A DNA stretch of 6,072 bases from an uncultured Gammaproteobacteria bacterium (lineage in GTDB: Bacteria; Patescibacteriota; Microgenomatia; Daviesbacterales; UBA10151): NCBI GenBank assembly GCA_964522265.1, contig CAZFVS010000065.1:1-6072 (forward strand), given 5' to 3'. Shown one piece after another: positions 4,398 through 6,072 of the stretch. The notes beneath the pieces were generated by a model that was not told the origin of the DNA, did not search any database, and saw nothing but the letters and a program-made list of their open reading frames with translations. A program made the position numbers and the translations under genes. How positions within the stretch are numbered: position 1 is the first letter of the stretch; each line of letters begins with the position of its first letter.

Positions 4398-6072
4398 ATG
4401 TTAAATACCTCTTTAAAGGCTTTGCCTGGAATTGGCCCTTCTTTGTTGTGGAAACTGAAAAACTTAAATCTGAACACAGTTGAAGATTTAATAAACCATT
4501 TTCCCTTCAGATATGATGATTTCTCCACAACTTCAAGCATTTCAGAGGCAAAAATTGGGGAGAAAGTGACACTAACCGGTGAGATCTGGTCAATAAAAAA
4601 TATCTATACCAGATCAGGAAAAATTCTTACTCAGGCGGTTTTCAACGATGGAACTTCACCGATAACACTAACTTGGTTCAATCAATCATGGCTTCAAAAA
4701 CAGATCCAAACAGGCGACAAACTACAGATTGCCGGAAAAATCAATAAATATAAAAATAAACTGTCAATAATGATGCCTGTTTGGGAAAAAATCTCCAGGG
4801 AGCAGAAAATCGCCGCTTTAAACCCCAAAAACCTGCACACAGGAAGACTCGTTCCTGTATATCCTGAAACAATGGGGCTTACCTCAAAATGGATAAGAGC
4901 CAAAATCCTTTTGCTCCTCAAAGAAAATCTGAAAAATATTACTGACCCTCTTCCTGATTCTATCAGAGGAGACATGCTAAGCCTTTCTAAAGCCCTGAAG
5001 CTCATACATTTTCCAAATTCCTGGGAGGATACGCAAAAAGCCCGTGAGAGATTAAGTTTTGATGAACTATTTTTTATTCAACTTGCAACTATTAAAACAA
5101 AACTAGACTGGCAAAAAAAACCTTCTGTAAAATCATTTAAAATATATAAGAAAAAACTCAACGAATTTATAATCAAGCTTCCCTTTAAGTTAACAAAAGC
5201 ACAATTAAAGGTGACAGGGGAAATCATTGAGGACCTGGAAAAAAGCACACCTATGAACAGATTGGTGCAGGGGGAAGTTGGTTCAGGTAAAACAGTGGTT
5301 GCAGCGATAGTCGCTTATCTGGCGCATCTGAATGGCTTTAAAACCCTCTATATGGCGCCGACAGAGATTTTAGCATTTCAGCACCATACAACATTATCCA
5401 AACTATTGTCGCCTTTCAATGTAAATGTGGGAATCTATACCGGAAGCAGAAAATTCACTAAAAGTCAGGTATTAAGCAAAAAACAGGAAAGTAGCCATAA
5501 TACAAAATACATGATACATAATACTGACCCTGACATCATAGTCGGCACCCATGCCTTACTCTCGTCTAAGTTAATCACAGATAACGCGGGACTGGTGATA
5601 GTTGATGAACAACAGCGTTTTGGAGTCGAACAGAGATCCCTGTTAAGAAGCAAGGCAGAGGTACCGCATTTCTTAACAATGACAGCCACTCCAATCCCAA
5701 GAACTGTTGCCTTAACTTTTTATGGAGATTTGGATCTGTCAATTATCAATGAATTGCCAAAAGGGAGGAAAAAAGTCAGAACTTTTGTTGTACCGGGCAA
5801 AAAAAGAACAGATGCATATAAATTTATCTCTAAGAAGGTTCGTGAAGGTGACCAGATCTATATTATCACGCCTTTGATCGAAGAATCAGAATCACTAGCA
5901 TCAGTTAAAGCTGCAACTGTTGAATTTGAAAGATTAAAAAAAGACATATTTCCTAAACTAAAACTGGGATTGCTGCATGGACGGCTTAAATCACAGGAAA
6001 AGGAGATTGTCATCAATCTTTTCAAAGATAAAAAAATTGATATTTTAGTTTCAACTTCTGTTGTAGAGGTCG
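4398..6072 (+). CDS. recG: ATP-dependent DNA helicase RecG (3'-partial, runs off the right edge)
   Basis: Frame 3 is open from ATG4398 to the window end (558 codons). The N-terminus LKALPGIGPSLLWKLKNLNLNTVEDLINHFPFRYDD is typical of RecG, followed by an OB/wedge-like region (VTLTGEIWSIKN..ITLTWFNQSWLQKQIQTGDKLQIAGKI). Helicase motifs: I GEVGSGKT (5271-5294), Ia MAPTEILA, II VIVDEQQRFGV (DEQQ at 5604-5615), III TMTATPIPRT, then IYIITPLIEESE and LHGRLKSQEKE. Confidence 0.95.
   Translation, partial: MLNTSLKALPGIGPSLLWKLKNLNLNTVEDLINHFPFRYDDFSTTSSISEAKIGEKVTLTGEIWSIKNIYTRSGKILTQAVFNDGTSPITLTWFNQSWLQKQIQTGDKLQIAGKINKYKNKLSIMMPVWEKISREQKIAALNPKNLHTGRLVPVYPETMGLTSKWIRAKILLLLKENLKNITDPLPDSIRGDMLSLSKALKLIHFPNSWEDTQKARERLSFDELFFIQLATIKTKLDWQKKPSVKSFKIYKKKLNEFIIKLPFKLTKAQLKVTGEIIEDLEKSTPMNRLVQGEVGSGKTVVAAIVAYLAHLNGFKTLYMAPTEILAFQHHTTLSKLLSPFNVNVGIYTGSRKFTKSQVLSKKQESSHNTKYMIHNTDPDIIVGTHALLSSKLITDNAGLVIVDEQQRFGVEQRSLLRSKAEVPHFLTMTATPIPRTVALTFYGDLDLSIINELPKGRKKVRTFVVPGKKRTDAYKFISKKVREGDQIYIITPLIEESESLASVKAATVEFERLKKDIFPKLKLGLLHGRLKSQEKEIVINLFKDKKIDILVSTSVVEV

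Noticed and set aside
5113-5120. The A8 homopolymer (also A7 at 5799-5805) inside recG, considered as a possible slippage or phase-variation tract.
   Set aside because: Poly-A runs encoding Lys are common in AT-rich genomes. The reading frame is intact through both tracts.

Overview
This is an AT-rich, very gene-dense bacterial chromosomal segment. The tight packing, recG and an archaeal-type aaRS suggest a small-genome lineage such as CPR/Patescibacteria, but that is inference only. Gene order: (1) an orphan ORF ending at 494 (+) whose frame stays open to the left edge, so it is probably 5'-truncated; (2) a hicB-hicA type II toxin-antitoxin pair (524-1005, +) with an ATGA stop/start overlap; (3) a convergent MsbA/Sav1866-like fused ABC exporter (1008-2852, -); (4) a divergent archaeal/eukaryal-type tyrosyl-tRNA synthetase (2915-4009, +); (5) a convergent 65-aa tail-anchored small membrane protein (4006-4203, -); (6) a 33-aa hydrophobic ORF missing from the ORF track (4249-4350, +); (7) recG (4398 to beyond 6072, +), clearly present but absent from the track because it has no stop in the window. 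I saw no rRNA, tRNA, CRISPR array, transposase or integrase. I do not see a convincing new multi-gene system. The observations most worth a second look are: the orphan ORF directly upstream of a short, DNA-binding-domain-less hicBA module; a repeated TGnTATAAT-N6-ATG (leaderless-type) start architecture at hicB and recG; an archaeal-type TyrRS in a bacterial context, with a 16-residue insertion next to KMSKS; a discrete 24-nt GC-rich palindromic in-frame insertion in the ABC ATPase domain; and a divergent pair of small membrane-protein ORFs between tyrS and recG. All family assignments come from motif recognition by eye, with no searches run.
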